Source: Oscillospiraceae bacterium
GTDB lineage: Bacteria > Bacillota > Clostridia > Oscillospirales > UBA929
Direction: 5' to 3'
Assembly (NCBI GenBank): GCA_031254575.1
Contig: JAIRUE010000069.1
Span: 2,330 to 66,329 of the forward strand
DNA: 64,000 bases
The notes beneath the pieces were generated by a model. The model was not told the DNA's origin and made no database searches. It saw nothing but the letters and a program-made list of their open reading frames with translations. Made by a program: the position numbers and the translations under genes. Positions 10,025 through 19,032 of this stretch are shown here, piece after piece; position 1 is the first letter of the stretch; the number at the start of each line of letters is the position of its first letter.

Positions 10025-10037
10025 TTTTTTTGGCTCT

Positions 10038-10059
10038 TGAGTTAGAGGATACTAACTCA
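10038..10059 (+). promoter_or_regulatory. third GTTAG-N6-CTAAC palindrome (TGAGTTAGAGGATACTAACTCA) between feoA2 and feoB
   Basis: Perfect 8-bp arms with the same half-sites as the two promoter boxes. Confidence 0.5.
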
Positions 10060-10090
10060 AATACTGCCGAGCTATAAGGAGGAAAATCCC

Positions 10091-12325
10091 ATGCCAATTA
10101 CAATCGCGCTTGCCGGGAACCCCAACAGCGGCAAGACCACCCTGTTCAACGCCCTCACCGGCTCAAACCAGTTTGTGGGGAACTGGCCGGGCGTCACGGT
10201 GGAAAAGAAAGAGGGGAAACTCAAAGGCCATAAGGATGTGACCGTGACCGACCTGCCCGGTATTTATTCCCTCTCCCCCTATACGCTGGAGGAGGTGGTC
10301 GCCCGGAATTATCTGATTGACGAGCGCCCCGACGCTATTCTGAACATCATCGACGGCACAAATCTGGAGCGCAACCTGTTTTTAACCACACAGCTCACCG
10401 AAATGGGCATCCCCGTGGTAGCCGCCGTCAACATGATGGACGTGGTGGACAGGAACGGGGATAAGATCGACACCGCCCGGCTTGCCAAAGAGCTTGGCTG
10501 TCAGGTGGTCGCGATCTCCGCGCTGAAAGGGACCGGCATATCCGAGGCGGCGCAGGCCGCCGTAACGGCCGCGGACGGCGCGAAAACCGTGCCGCAGCAC
10601 AGCTTTTCCGGCGGCGTCGAACACACGCTGGCGCACATCGAGGAAGCCGTCCTGCACAATCTTCCGCAGGAACGGCAGCGGTTCTTCGCCATTAAGCTGT
10701 TTGAGCGGGACGCCAAAATCATCGAAAGGCTGACGCTGACCCCCGAACAAATTTCGCATATTGAGGAGGACATCAAGCGGAGGGAAGAAGAACTGGACGA
10801 TGATTCGGAGAGTATTATCACCGCTGAACGCTATACATACATCGATTCCATCATTCAGGGCTGTGTAAAAATCAAGAACAAGGGCAGGCTGTCCGTTTCG
10901 GATAAAATCGACAAGGTGATAACAAACCGCTGGCTGGCGCTTCCCATTTTCGCGGCGGTCATGTTCATTGTGTATTTCGTGTCGGTGACGACCGTGGGTA
11001 CGATTGCGACGGATTGGGCGAACGACGGTGTGTTTGGCGACGGCTGGCATTTGGCTGGCATCGGCTCGTCTGCCTATGAAGAAGCCCTCGAAGGATTCGA
11101 CGAGGGGCTTATCGCGGAAGAACCTGATCCCGCCGATTTCGGCGTATGGGTTCCCGGCGTCCCCGTGCTGATTGAAAACGGATTGAACGCCATTAACTGC
11201 GCCGATTGGCTGCAAGGGTTGATCTTAGACGGCATTGTGGCGGGCGTCGGCGCGGTGCTTGGCTTTGTGCCGCAAATGCTGATCCTGTTTATCTTCCTGG
11301 CGTTTTTGGAAGCCTGCGGCTATATGGCGCGTATCGCGTTTATCATGGACAGGATCTTCCGCCGTTTCGGCCTGTCCGGCAAATCGTTTATTCCGATTCT
11401 CATCGGCACAGGCTGCGGCGTTCCGGGCATCATGGCGTCGCGGACGATCGAGAGCGACCGCGACCGGAAAATGACGATCATGACGACTACGTTTATTCCG
11501 TGCGGCGCGAAGCTCCCGATCATCGCGCTGATTGCGGGCGCGATATTCGGCGGCGCGTGGTGGGTCGCGCCCAGCGCGTATTTTGTGGGGATCGCCGCGA
11601 TTATCTGCTCCGGTATCATTTTGAAAAAGACAAAGCTGTTTGCAGGGGACGCCGCGCCCTTTGTCATGGAACTGCCCGCCTATCACTGGCCGACCGTGCT
11701 AAATGTCCTCCGCAGTATGTGGGAGCGCGGCTGGTCGTTTATCAAAAAGGCCGGGACGATTATCCTGCTGGCGACCATTTTTGTATGGCTTGCTTCCAGT
11801 TTTGGATGGGGCGAAGACGGTTTTGGCATGGTGGATATGAACGACAGCATTCTCGCGAAAATCGGCGGTTTCATTGCCCCGCTGTTCGCGCCGCTTGGAT
11901 GGGGCGACTGGCAATCCTCCGTGGCGGCGATCACCGGCTTGATCGCGAAAGAAAACGTGGTCGGCACGTTCGGTATCCTGTTCGGCTTTGGCGAGGTTGC
12001 CGAAAACGGCAGGGAAGTTTGGACGAATCTGGCCGCGCACTACACCGTGCTTGCCGCTTACTCGTTCCTGCTGTTCAATCTGCTGTGCGCTCCCTGTTTT
12101 GCCGCGATGGGCGCGATCAGGCGTGAGATGAACAACGCCAAATGGTTTTGGTTTGCCGTTGGGTATCAGTGTGTGTTCGCGTACATTGTAGCCTTGTGCG
12201 TCTATCAGCTTGGGCTGCTGTTCTCGGCGGGCAGTTTCGGGGTAGGGACGGCCGCTGCCTTTGCTCTCACCGCCGGATTTGTCTTTATGCTGGCCAGAAA
12301 ACCAAAAATGACCGCAAAGGGGTAG
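10091..12325 (+). CDS. feoB: ferrous iron transporter FeoB
   Basis: N-terminal G domain GNPNSGKTTLFNALTG..DLPG, then a polytopic membrane domain. Confidence 0.95.
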   Translation: MPITIALAGNPNSGKTTLFNALTGSNQFVGNWPGVTVEKKEGKLKGHKDVTVTDLPGIYSLSPYTLEEVVARNYLIDERPDAILNIIDGTNLERNLFLTTQLTEMGIPVVAAVNMMDVVDRNGDKIDTARLAKELGCQVVAISALKGTGISEAAQAAVTAADGAKTVPQHSFSGGVEHTLAHIEEAVLHNLPQERQRFFAIKLFERDAKIIERLTLTPEQISHIEEDIKRREEELDDDSESIITAERYTYIDSIIQGCVKIKNKGRLSVSDKIDKVITNRWLALPIFAAVMFIVYFVSVTTVGTIATDWANDGVFGDGWHLAGIGSSAYEEALEGFDEGLIAEEPDPADFGVWVPGVPVLIENGLNAINCADWLQGLILDGIVAGVGAVLGFVPQMLILFIFLAFLEACGYMARIAFIMDRIFRRFGLSGKSFIPILIGTGCGVPGIMASRTIESDRDRKMTIMTTTFIPCGAKLPIIALIAGAIFGGAWWVAPSAYFVGIAAIICSGIILKKTKLFAGDAAPFVMELPAYHWPTVLNVLRSMWERGWSFIKKAGTIILLATIFVWLASSFGWGEDGFGMVDMNDSILAKIGGFIAPLFAPLGWGDWQSSVAAITGLIAKENVVGTFGILFGFGEVAENGREVWTNLAAHYTVLAAYSFLLFNLLCAPCFAAMGAIRREMNNAKWFWFAVGYQCVFAYIVALCVYQLGLLFSAGSFGVGTAAAFALTAGFVFMLARKPKMTAKG

Positions 12326-12331
12326 GGCCTT

Positions 12332-12508
12332 ATGTTAAACTTGATTTTGCAGAATATCGGCACGATTGTCATCGGTTTGGTTTTGGCCGGTATCGTTACG
12401 GCGATTATCCTTAAAATCGTCCGGGATAAGCAAAAAGGAAAATGCGCCGGCTGCGGGTACAGGTGCGGCAGCTGTCCGGGGTCGCCGTCCTGCGGCGCAA
12501 AACAGTGA
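12332..12508 (+). CDS. FeoB-associated Cys-rich membrane protein (58 aa)
   Basis: Not in the track (<60 aa). MLNLILQNIGTIVIGLVLAGIVTAIILKIVRDKQKGKCAGCGYRCGSCPGSPSCGAKQ has one TM helix plus a Cys-rich tail, directly after feoB. Confidence 0.7.
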   Translation: MLNLILQNIGTIVIGLVLAGIVTAIILKIVRDKQKGKCAGCGYRCGSCPGSPSCGAKQ

Positions 12509-12605
12509 AATTATCCGTCACAGCCCATGACACAACTTAGACACAAGTGCGTGGTATTATGATATACTGTCCGCGGGCGGACAGTATATCTAAGGGGGCG
12601 GCGCG

Positions 12606-13259
12606 GTGCTTAGCATCCTTATTGTGGAAGACGAGCAGGCTATCGCAAATCTGATCCATATCAGCCTGAGCGACGAGGGCTATCGCTGTACCTGCGCTTT
12701 CGACGGCAAGCAGGGAGCCGACCTGATCGAACAGGAAACCTTTGACCTGATCCTCCTTGACATCATGCTCCCGGAATTTGACGGATATGAACTGCTGGAG
12801 TACATTAAACCCACGGGAACGCCGGTGATATTCCTGACTGCCAAAGGCGCGGTCAGCGACAGGATCAAAGGGCTGAAACTCGGCGCCGACGATTACATCG
12901 TCAAACCGTTTCAAATCGGAGAGCTTCTGGCGCGGGTCGAGGCGGTGCTTCGGCGTTACGGGAAAAGCGAAAAACAGCTCGCCGTCGCGGATGTTTTTAT
13001 CAACACCGATTCCCGGAGCGTGACCAAAGACGGGCGGAGCGTTGACCTGACCGCCAAGGAGTTTGACCTGCTGGTGGAGCTTGTGCGGAATAAAAATGTC
13101 GCGCTTTACAGGGACAGGCTGTATGAAAAGGTCTGGAACGAACCGTTCACAGGGGAGACCCGCACACTGGACACCCACATTCAGCGGCTGCGCAAGAAAC
13201 TCGATTGGGAGGAGCGGATCAGAACCGTTTTCCGTATCGGTTACCGGCTGGAGGGATAG
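12606..13259 (+). CDS. OmpR-family response regulator
   Basis: Receiver domain (ILIVEDE..LILLDIMLP..KP) plus a winged-helix output domain (LTAKEFDLLVELV..GYRL). GTG start. Confidence 0.9.
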   Translation: MLSILIVEDEQAIANLIHISLSDEGYRCTCAFDGKQGADLIEQETFDLILLDIMLPEFDGYELLEYIKPTGTPVIFLTAKGAVSDRIKGLKLGADDYIVKPFQIGELLARVEAVLRRYGKSEKQLAVADVFINTDSRSVTKDGRSVDLTAKEFDLLVELVRNKNVALYRDRLYEKVWNEPFTGETRTLDTHIQRLRKKLDWEERIRTVFRIGYRLEG

Positions 13260-13262
13260 GAT

Positions 13263-14657
13263 ATGCGGCTGTTTGCCAAATACTTTCTCTGCGCCGCGCT
13301 GGTTATCAGCGTCGCCCTCCTGTTTTCAGGCTACCGCCTGATCACATATTCCTATGAAAACGCGGTCAGGCGGGAAACGGAGCGGGCGGTCAGGCAGTAT
13401 CAGTATGATAAATTCACCGTGCAGGCGGCCCTGATTCCCAAACCGGACGATTTGATGGAAACGCTACGCGGGCTTGCCCCCGACTTAAGCGTAAGCGGGC
13501 TTTCGGCGTTTTTCGCGGAGGACCGGTCGCTTTTATACTCAAACCTCCCCGCCGAACCCGATACCGCCATACTTGACGGCGTGCGCGCCGATGCCGTTAT
13601 CAACCGCATACAGACCGTGGACGGGCGGAGCTATATCTTTGTGTGCGGGCAGATCACGCAGAGCGGCGTGACGGTGTATATGGCGGCCGCCACGGACATG
13701 AGCTCCGTCACCGGCCAAAAGGACGAGATGGTGCGGGGTTTTGTCAGCGTATACTTCACCACGCTCGGCATCAGCGCGGCGGTCATACTGATCCTGTGCG
13801 AGTTTCTGACCAGACCCGTCATGCGGATCAACAGGGCGGCGAAACGGATCGCGCGGGGCCGCTACAACGAACGGCTCCCCGTTTCACGGGGCGACGAGAT
13901 AGGGGAGCTTGCGGGGAGTTTCAATATGATGGCGGAAGCGGTGGAGGAGAAAATCACCGCCCTCTCTGAAAACGCCCGGCAGAAAGAGGATTTTACCGCC
14001 AACTTTGCCCATGAACTGAAAACGCCGCTGACCTCCATTATCGGATACGCGGACATGCTCTACCAAAAGGCGCTTCCCCCGGAACAGGTCAGGGACGCGG
14101 CGTGGTATATCCTCAACGAGGGGCTGCGGCTTGAGGCTTTGTCGCTGAAGCTGATGGATCTGATCGTGCTGAACAGGCAGGATTTTGTTTTGGAGGAGAT
14201 GCCGGCGGAGGAACTGCTGGCGGACATTGCCGGCGGGCTGAAGCCTGTGCTGGAGGAGAGAAAGGTCGGTCTTCGCGTGGCGGCCGGTCCGGCCTATATC
14301 AAGGCGGATTACGACTTAATCAAGACATTGCTGCTGAATCTGATCGACAACGCGCTCAAGGCCGGGTGCAATCAAATAGAGATCGAGGGGAAAGTCAGCG
14401 GCGGCCGTTACTGTGTGAGCATCGCCGACAACGGGCGCGGCATACCGGCGTCCGAGCTGACCCGTATTACGGAGGCATTTTATATGGTGGACAAATCCCG
14501 CTCGCGCAAGCAGCACGGCGCGGGCCTCGGGCTGGCGCTGGCGGCGAGGATCGCCGAAATACACGGCGGCGCGCTGGAATTTGCCAGCCGCGAAGGCGTG
14601 GGCACCGTTGTCAAAATCAGCTTTATCTGCGCCGCGGGCGGTGATGAAGATGAATAA
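13263..14657 (+). CDS. sensor histidine kinase (2 TM, HAMP, HisKA, HATPase_c)
   Basis: H-box FAHELKTPLTSI, N-box LIDNALKA, G-boxes DNGRGI and GAGLGLAL. Confidence 0.9.
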   Translation: MRLFAKYFLCAALVISVALLFSGYRLITYSYENAVRRETERAVRQYQYDKFTVQAALIPKPDDLMETLRGLAPDLSVSGLSAFFAEDRSLLYSNLPAEPDTAILDGVRADAVINRIQTVDGRSYIFVCGQITQSGVTVYMAAATDMSSVTGQKDEMVRGFVSVYFTTLGISAAVILILCEFLTRPVMRINRAAKRIARGRYNERLPVSRGDEIGELAGSFNMMAEAVEEKITALSENARQKEDFTANFAHELKTPLTSIIGYADMLYQKALPPEQVRDAAWYILNEGLRLEALSLKLMDLIVLNRQDFVLEEMPAEELLADIAGGLKPVLEERKVGLRVAAGPAYIKADYDLIKTLLLNLIDNALKAGCNQIEIEGKVSGGRYCVSIADNGRGIPASELTRITEAFYMVDKSRSRKQHGAGLGLALAARIAEIHGGALEFASREGVGTVVKISFICAAGGDEDE

Positions 14658-15489
14658 GCGAAACATATACACGGCTATCGGCGTCGCGCTGTCTTTTTTG
14701 ATCGCCATCGGCGGATGGACGCTGACCAATGCTCTGATAGACAGGAAATCGGACGTGCTGCTCTCGGTCACCGGGATCACGCATAATAATATCTATGTGC
14801 CGCCGGACGAGCCGGATGAAGACGCCCCGGCGCCGGAACTCAGCGGGGAAGAGATCGCCGCCGTGCTGCGAAATTGGGAAAACACGGCGATCGAACAGTT
14901 TCATGAACCTTTCGCCGGACAGCTTACGATGGAGCAGGCGATCGAACAGGCGAAGGCGTGTCTGGCCAGCTTTGACGGGCAGGGCGTGAACCTCGCCTTT
15001 ATGCTGGACGCGGACATGGCCATAAGCCCCTATCTCTGCCAGAACTTGCCGGGCGGTATGGCGTTTCTCGTCCCGATCTACAGCTATTGGACGGTCATTC
15101 TGTACGGAAGCGACACGGTCGTGACGATGAAGCTGAACGCCGTGACGGGGCAGGTCTGGCAGATGAGGGTCTCGCGGCTGGCGGCCGAGAGTCAGTTCAC
15201 CACCTCCGGCGCGTACGACACCCTGCTCGCGTACAGCTCGTATTTGGGGCTGGAAGCCGGGGAAGACCGGGACGCGGGAATCGGCAGGGACAGAATAGAC
15301 GGCAGGCACAAAATAGACGCCTCGATAAGCGTCGGCGACGCCGGTTTATACATATGGTTCATCGGGGAAGGCAGGCTGACTTCTCCCGACAGTATCTATG
15401 CCTGGGAATTTGCCCTATACCTCACCCCCGACGGCCCGTTTTCGCTTTACAGAAATTATTCCGTTGATTCCGCAGAATTTACAAGTTAG
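14644..15489 (+). CDS. membrane-anchored hypothetical protein (281 aa)
   Basis: The start overlaps the HK stop. One N-terminal TM helix (YTAIGVALSFLIAIGGWTL). No family recognised. Confidence 0.5.
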   Translation: MKMNKRNIYTAIGVALSFLIAIGGWTLTNALIDRKSDVLLSVTGITHNNIYVPPDEPDEDAPAPELSGEEIAAVLRNWENTAIEQFHEPFAGQLTMEQAIEQAKACLASFDGQGVNLAFMLDADMAISPYLCQNLPGGMAFLVPIYSYWTVILYGSDTVVTMKLNAVTGQVWQMRVSRLAAESQFTTSGAYDTLLAYSSYLGLEAGEDRDAGIGRDRIDGRHKIDASISVGDAGLYIWFIGEGRLTSPDSIYAWEFALYLTPDGPFSLYRNYSVDSAEFTS

Positions 15490-15563
15490 ACGCAACTATA
15501 TGACGCCTATTTGACAACTCCCCGTTATGATGGATAACAGTCATAACGGGGAGGTCGTTACTT

Positions 15564-15896
15564 GTGAAAATCGGAACATTTATGAAAAGCCTGCTGTTTC
15601 TTGGGGTGATCGCGCTCATGGGCGTCATTGCCGTCCGTTCGGGCGCGTTCAGCTTCGAGGGGGAGGAAAAACCGGAGGAGGCGCCGCGTCCTGTTTTCGT
15701 GATACAAATCCCGCCGGATACGGAATCATTAGCGCCCGACGAGCTTGTCAGCGGCGAGTACGCGATCGATAAAGAACCGGACGGCGTGTTGATCGTCTCC
15801 GCGTGGCCCGCTGTGGCGGTCAGCGGCAAAGAGGTCATGATTCACGAGGTGTCACTGGAAGCGGTGCGCGAAATGTATATGGCTTCTGATTTTTAA
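15564..15896 (+). CDS. membrane-anchored hypothetical protein (110 aa)
   Basis: GTG start, N-terminal TM/signal segment LLFLGVIALMGVIAV, acidic linker. Confidence 0.4.
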   Translation: MKIGTFMKSLLFLGVIALMGVIAVRSGAFSFEGEEKPEEAPRPVFVIQIPPDTESLAPDELVSGEYAIDKEPDGVLIVSAWPAVAVSGKEVMIHEVSLEAVREMYMASDF

Positions 15897-17083
15897 GTGC
15901 CGGTACTTTCCTTTGAAAGCAGTTTTTGATAAGCCGCGTCGATTCCGACAGCGCCAAGCGGCGCGGTAATCAATATAGCCAAAACGGCGACAGTCAGGAC
16001 CGTATGGCCGGACGCGGCGCCGGACGCAAGCGGAAGCCCGCCGATAGCCGCCTGCACGGTCGCCTTAGGCAAGTAGGCGATCGCGCAGAAAAGACGCTCT
16101 CTGACGCGCAGCTTTGTCCTTATAAGACAGACAAAAACGCCGCAAATCCGGATAGCCAAAGCACCCAGTATCAGCGCGGCCGCCGCAAGCCCCGCTTTGC
16201 CCGCATAGCGTATATCGACCGTCGCGCCGACAAGGACAAAAAGGATCAGTTCCGCCGCGATCCATAGTTTTGAAAATTTTTCCGACAGACGTTTGGCTAA
16301 AACATCATGCCGCTTGAAGACGGCGCTACCCAGTGCCATGACTGCCAACAAGCCGGACAGGGGCAGATAATCCTTTATCACTGACTCCAGTGTGACCAGC
16401 AGAAACGCTATGCCTAAAATGAGTAAAACTTTGACTGTATCCCGCATATGGATCCTTTTGAAAAGGAAAACGAGCGCCAACCCAAGTAAAACGCCGCACA
16501 GCAGCCCTGTAATGACGGCAGCCGGTACTTTTACAAGGCTCCCGGCGTCAAAACCGCCGCCGCCGTTCATGCTCATAAAAGAAGTGAATAAGACAATCAC
16601 ATAAACATCATCCGCCGACGCCCCGGCCATGATAAGCTGTGGTATAGCTTTGTCCTTACCGTATCCGCTTTCCATAATTTTCAGCATCCGGGGCACCACG
16701 ACAGCCGGAGATACTGCGCCGAGGACCGTTCCCATGATGGCGGCTTCTAAATGTGTGACCGGAAAAAACAGGGGAGCGAGAACCGTTGCGGCAATTATTT
16801 CAAAGGTGGCGGGAATAAAGCACATGAGAACAGCCGGCCTTCCCACTTTTCTCAAGTCTTCCATATCAAGCGCAAGACCCGCCCTCACAAGGATAACAAT
16901 CAGCGCGATTTCCCTTAAATCCGCGGAAATGTTCAACAGTTCCGGCGCAATGAGATCCAGCGTGTAAGGCCCCAGAATGATTCCGGTCAGGAGCATACCG
17001 ACAAGGCCGGGCAGTTTCAGTTTTTGCAGGATCCCGCTCAATACCAGAGCGCATATGATCATCAGGGCAAGGCTGAACAACAT
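15893..17083 (-). CDS. cation:proton antiporter (Na+/H+ exchanger family)
   Basis: 396 aa, about 11-12 TM helices, typical CPA sequence (LPGLVGMLLTGIILGP..AGLALD..). GGAGGGA RBS at 17091-17097. Confidence 0.85.
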   Translation of the reverse strand: MLFSLALMIICALVLSGILQKLKLPGLVGMLLTGIILGPYTLDLIAPELLNISADLREIALIVILVRAGLALDMEDLRKVGRPAVLMCFIPATFEIIAATVLAPLFFPVTHLEAAIMGTVLGAVSPAVVVPRMLKIMESGYGKDKAIPQLIMAGASADDVYVIVLFTSFMSMNGGGGFDAGSLVKVPAAVITGLLCGVLLGLALVFLFKRIHMRDTVKVLLILGIAFLLVTLESVIKDYLPLSGLLAVMALGSAVFKRHDVLAKRLSEKFSKLWIAAELILFVLVGATVDIRYAGKAGLAAAALILGALAIRICGVFVCLIRTKLRVRERLFCAIAYLPKATVQAAIGGLPLASGAASGHTVLTVAVLAILITAPLGAVGIDAAYQKLLSKESTGT

Positions 17084-17103
17084 AATAATTTCCCTCCGCG
17101 CGG

Positions 17104-17203
17104 AAACGAAAAAGCTGACGCTTCCGCAAACAGTCTTGCAGAAGTCATCAGCTTTTTGAGCGATTCGGCCGGGATCACCGGCGCGGGGAGAACTTCATTC
17201 CCC
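17104..17203 (-). promoter_or_regulatory. fluoride riboswitch (crcB motif)-like leader plus intrinsic terminator, copy A
   Basis: Minus-sense RNA: GGGGAAUGAAGUUCUCCCC-GCGCCGGUGAUCCCGGCCGAAUC-GCUCAAAAAGC-UGAUGACUUCUGC. It has P1 with an AUGARGUUC loop, a 3-bp GCU/AGC hairpin and the CUGAUGA..CUUC 3' tail (GAAGU/ACUUC pseudoknot). Terminator AGCUGAUGACUUCUGC..GCGGAAGCGUCAGCU plus UUUUUCGUUU overlaps the aptamer 3' strand. Confidence 0.7.
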
Positions 17204-17217
17204 TTGTATTCAGATGA

Positions 17218-18231
17218 TTACGCGCGTTTCATTGCCTCCGCCACGGCGACGGCCACGGCGACGGTGGCGCCCACCATGGGATTGTTGCCCATGCCGAGGA
17301 AGCCCATCATTTCAACGTGGGCCGGAACGGAACTGGAGCCCGCGAACTGCGCGTCGGAGTGCATGCGCCCCATCGTGTCGGTCATGCCGTACGAAGCGGG
17401 CCCCGCCGCCATATTGTCCGGGTGCAGGGTGCGGCCCGTGCCGCCGCCGGAGGCCACGGAAAAATACCGTTTGCCCTGCTCCGCGCATTCCTTCTTATAC
17501 GTCCCCGCGACCGGATGCTGGAAGCGGGTGGGATTCGTGGAATTGCCGGTGATCGACACGTCCACCCCCTCCAGGTGCATGATGGCGACGCCCTCGCGCA
17601 CATCGTCCGCCCCGTAACAGCGCACCTGCGCGCGTTCGCCTTTGGAGTAGGCGGTTTCACGAACCACCTCAATATCTCCGGAGGCATAATCGAACGACGT
17701 CCGCACGTATGTAAAGCCGTTGATACGGGAGATGATCTGCGCGGCGTCTTTGCCCAGTCCGTTCAGGATGACGCGCAGCGGTTCCGTTCTCGCTTTGTTG
17801 GCGTTTTTAACGATGCCGATGGCGCCCTCGGCGGCGGCAAAACTCTCATGCCCGGCGAGGAACGCGAAGCACTTCGTTTCATCCCGGAGAAGCATCGCCC
17901 CAAGATTGCCGTGTCCGAGGCCGACCTTCCGGTCTTCGGCGACGCTGCCGGGGATGCAAAAACTCTGAAGCCCGATCCCGACGGCTTCCGAAGCGTCCGC
18001 CGCGTTTCCGGCTCCCTTTTTGATGGCGATGGCCGCGCCGGCGGTATAGGCCCAGCCGGCGTTTTCAAACGCGATAGGCTGAACGGATTTCACAATGTCA
18101 TACGGGTCCACGCCGGCTCCGCCGCAGATTTCCTTCGCGGCCTCCAAAGAGGCTATGCCGTACTGCGCAAGAACGCCGTTTATCTTGTCAATGCGGCGCT
18201 CGTAACTTTCAAACAACGCCATTCCGCTCAC
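17218..18231 (-). CDS. GGGtGRT-family protein (uncharacterised, 337 aa)
   Basis: Contains the eponymous motif ..FSVASGGGTGRTLHPDN.., and its length matches that family. The start overlaps the upstream gene's stop (ATGA-type coupling). Confidence 0.85.
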   Translation of the reverse strand: MSGMALFESYERRIDKINGVLAQYGIASLEAAKEICGGAGVDPYDIVKSVQPIAFENAGWAYTAGAAIAIKKGAGNAADASEAVGIGLQSFCIPGSVAEDRKVGLGHGNLGAMLLRDETKCFAFLAGHESFAAAEGAIGIVKNANKARTEPLRVILNGLGKDAAQIISRINGFTYVRTSFDYASGDIEVVRETAYSKGERAQVRCYGADDVREGVAIMHLEGVDVSITGNSTNPTRFQHPVAGTYKKECAEQGKRYFSVASGGGTGRTLHPDNMAAGPASYGMTDTMGRMHSDAQFAGSSSVPAHVEMMGFLGMGNNPMVGATVAVAVAVAEAMKRA

Positions 18232-18920
18232 TCCTTTCTGGGGTCTATGTACTTCGCCGCTTCTGCGAAGCGCCCGTAAGACCCTTTGGCTTTTTCAAGC
18301 GCCGCGCCCGCGTCCTCGCCCTTTTTCACGGCGTCCATCATCTTGCCGAGGCTGATAAACTCATACCCGATGATTTCGTTGTTTTCGTCAAGCGCGATCC
18401 GGCTGACATAACCCTCCGTCAGTTCAAGATAGCGCGCGCCTTTGGCCTTTGTGCCGAACATGGTCCCGACCTGGCTCCGCAGCCCCTTTCCCAAGTCCTC
18501 AAGGCTCGCGCCGACGGGCAGGCCGTCCTCGGAAAACGCGGTTTGCGTGCGCCCGTAGGCAATCTGCAAGAACAATTCACGCATAGCCACGTTGATGGCG
18601 TCGCAAACAAGGTCTGTGTTGAGCGCCTCCAGAATCGTCTTGCCGGGCAGGATCTCGGAAGCCATCGCCGCCGAATGCGTCATGCCGCTGCACCCCAGCG
18701 TTTCCACCAGCGCCTCCTCGATGATCCCATCCTTCACGTTGAGCGTCAGCTTACAGGCGCCCTGCTGGGGGGCGCACCAGCCAATGCCGTGTGTCAGCCC
18801 GCTGATGTCGCCGATTTCTTTAGCCCGCACCCATTTCCCTTCCTCCGGGATCGGGGCGGGGCCGTGGTCCGCGCCCTTTGCCACCGGACACATATGCGCT
18901 ACTTCCTCGGAATAAATCAT
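18228..18920 (-). CDS. NifU/IscU N-terminal-like Fe-S scaffold-type protein with a C-terminal extension (230 aa)
   Basis: Start chosen at MIYSEEV (ATG 18920, GGGGTGAG RBS). IscU-like Cys pattern: ..HMCPVAKG.., GWCAPQQGACKLTLNV, ETLGCSGMTHSAAMASE. Confidence 0.75.
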   Translation of the reverse strand: MIYSEEVAHMCPVAKGADHGPAPIPEEGKWVRAKEIGDISGLTHGIGWCAPQQGACKLTLNVKDGIIEEALVETLGCSGMTHSAAMASEILPGKTILEALNTDLVCDAINVAMRELFLQIAYGRTQTAFSEDGLPVGASLEDLGKGLRSQVGTMFGTKAKGARYLELTEGYVSRIALDENNEIIGYEFISLGKMMDAVKKGEDAGAALEKAKGSYGRFAEAAKYIDPRKE

Positions 18921-18933
18921 GTACTCACCCCTT

Positions 18934-19028
18934 AACAAGATATAAGCCAATGACCGCCGAATGGCAGAAGTCATCAGCTTAACAGCGGTTTGTCCGCTTT
19001 GCCGGAACCGGGAGAACCTCATTCCCGG
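18934..19028 (-). promoter_or_regulatory. fluoride riboswitch (crcB motif)-like leader plus terminator-like hairpin, copy B
   Basis: Minus-sense RNA: CCGGGAAUGAGGUUCUCCCGG-UUCCGGCAAAGCGGACAAACC-GCUGUUAAGC-UGAUGACUUCUGCC. Hairpin GCUGAUGAC..GGUCAUUGGC then UUAUAUCUUGUU. P1 covaries with copy A (GGGGA/UCCCC versus CCGGGA/UCCCGG). A 17-nt block is identical to copy A. Confidence 0.7.
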
Positions 19029-19032
19029 AAAC

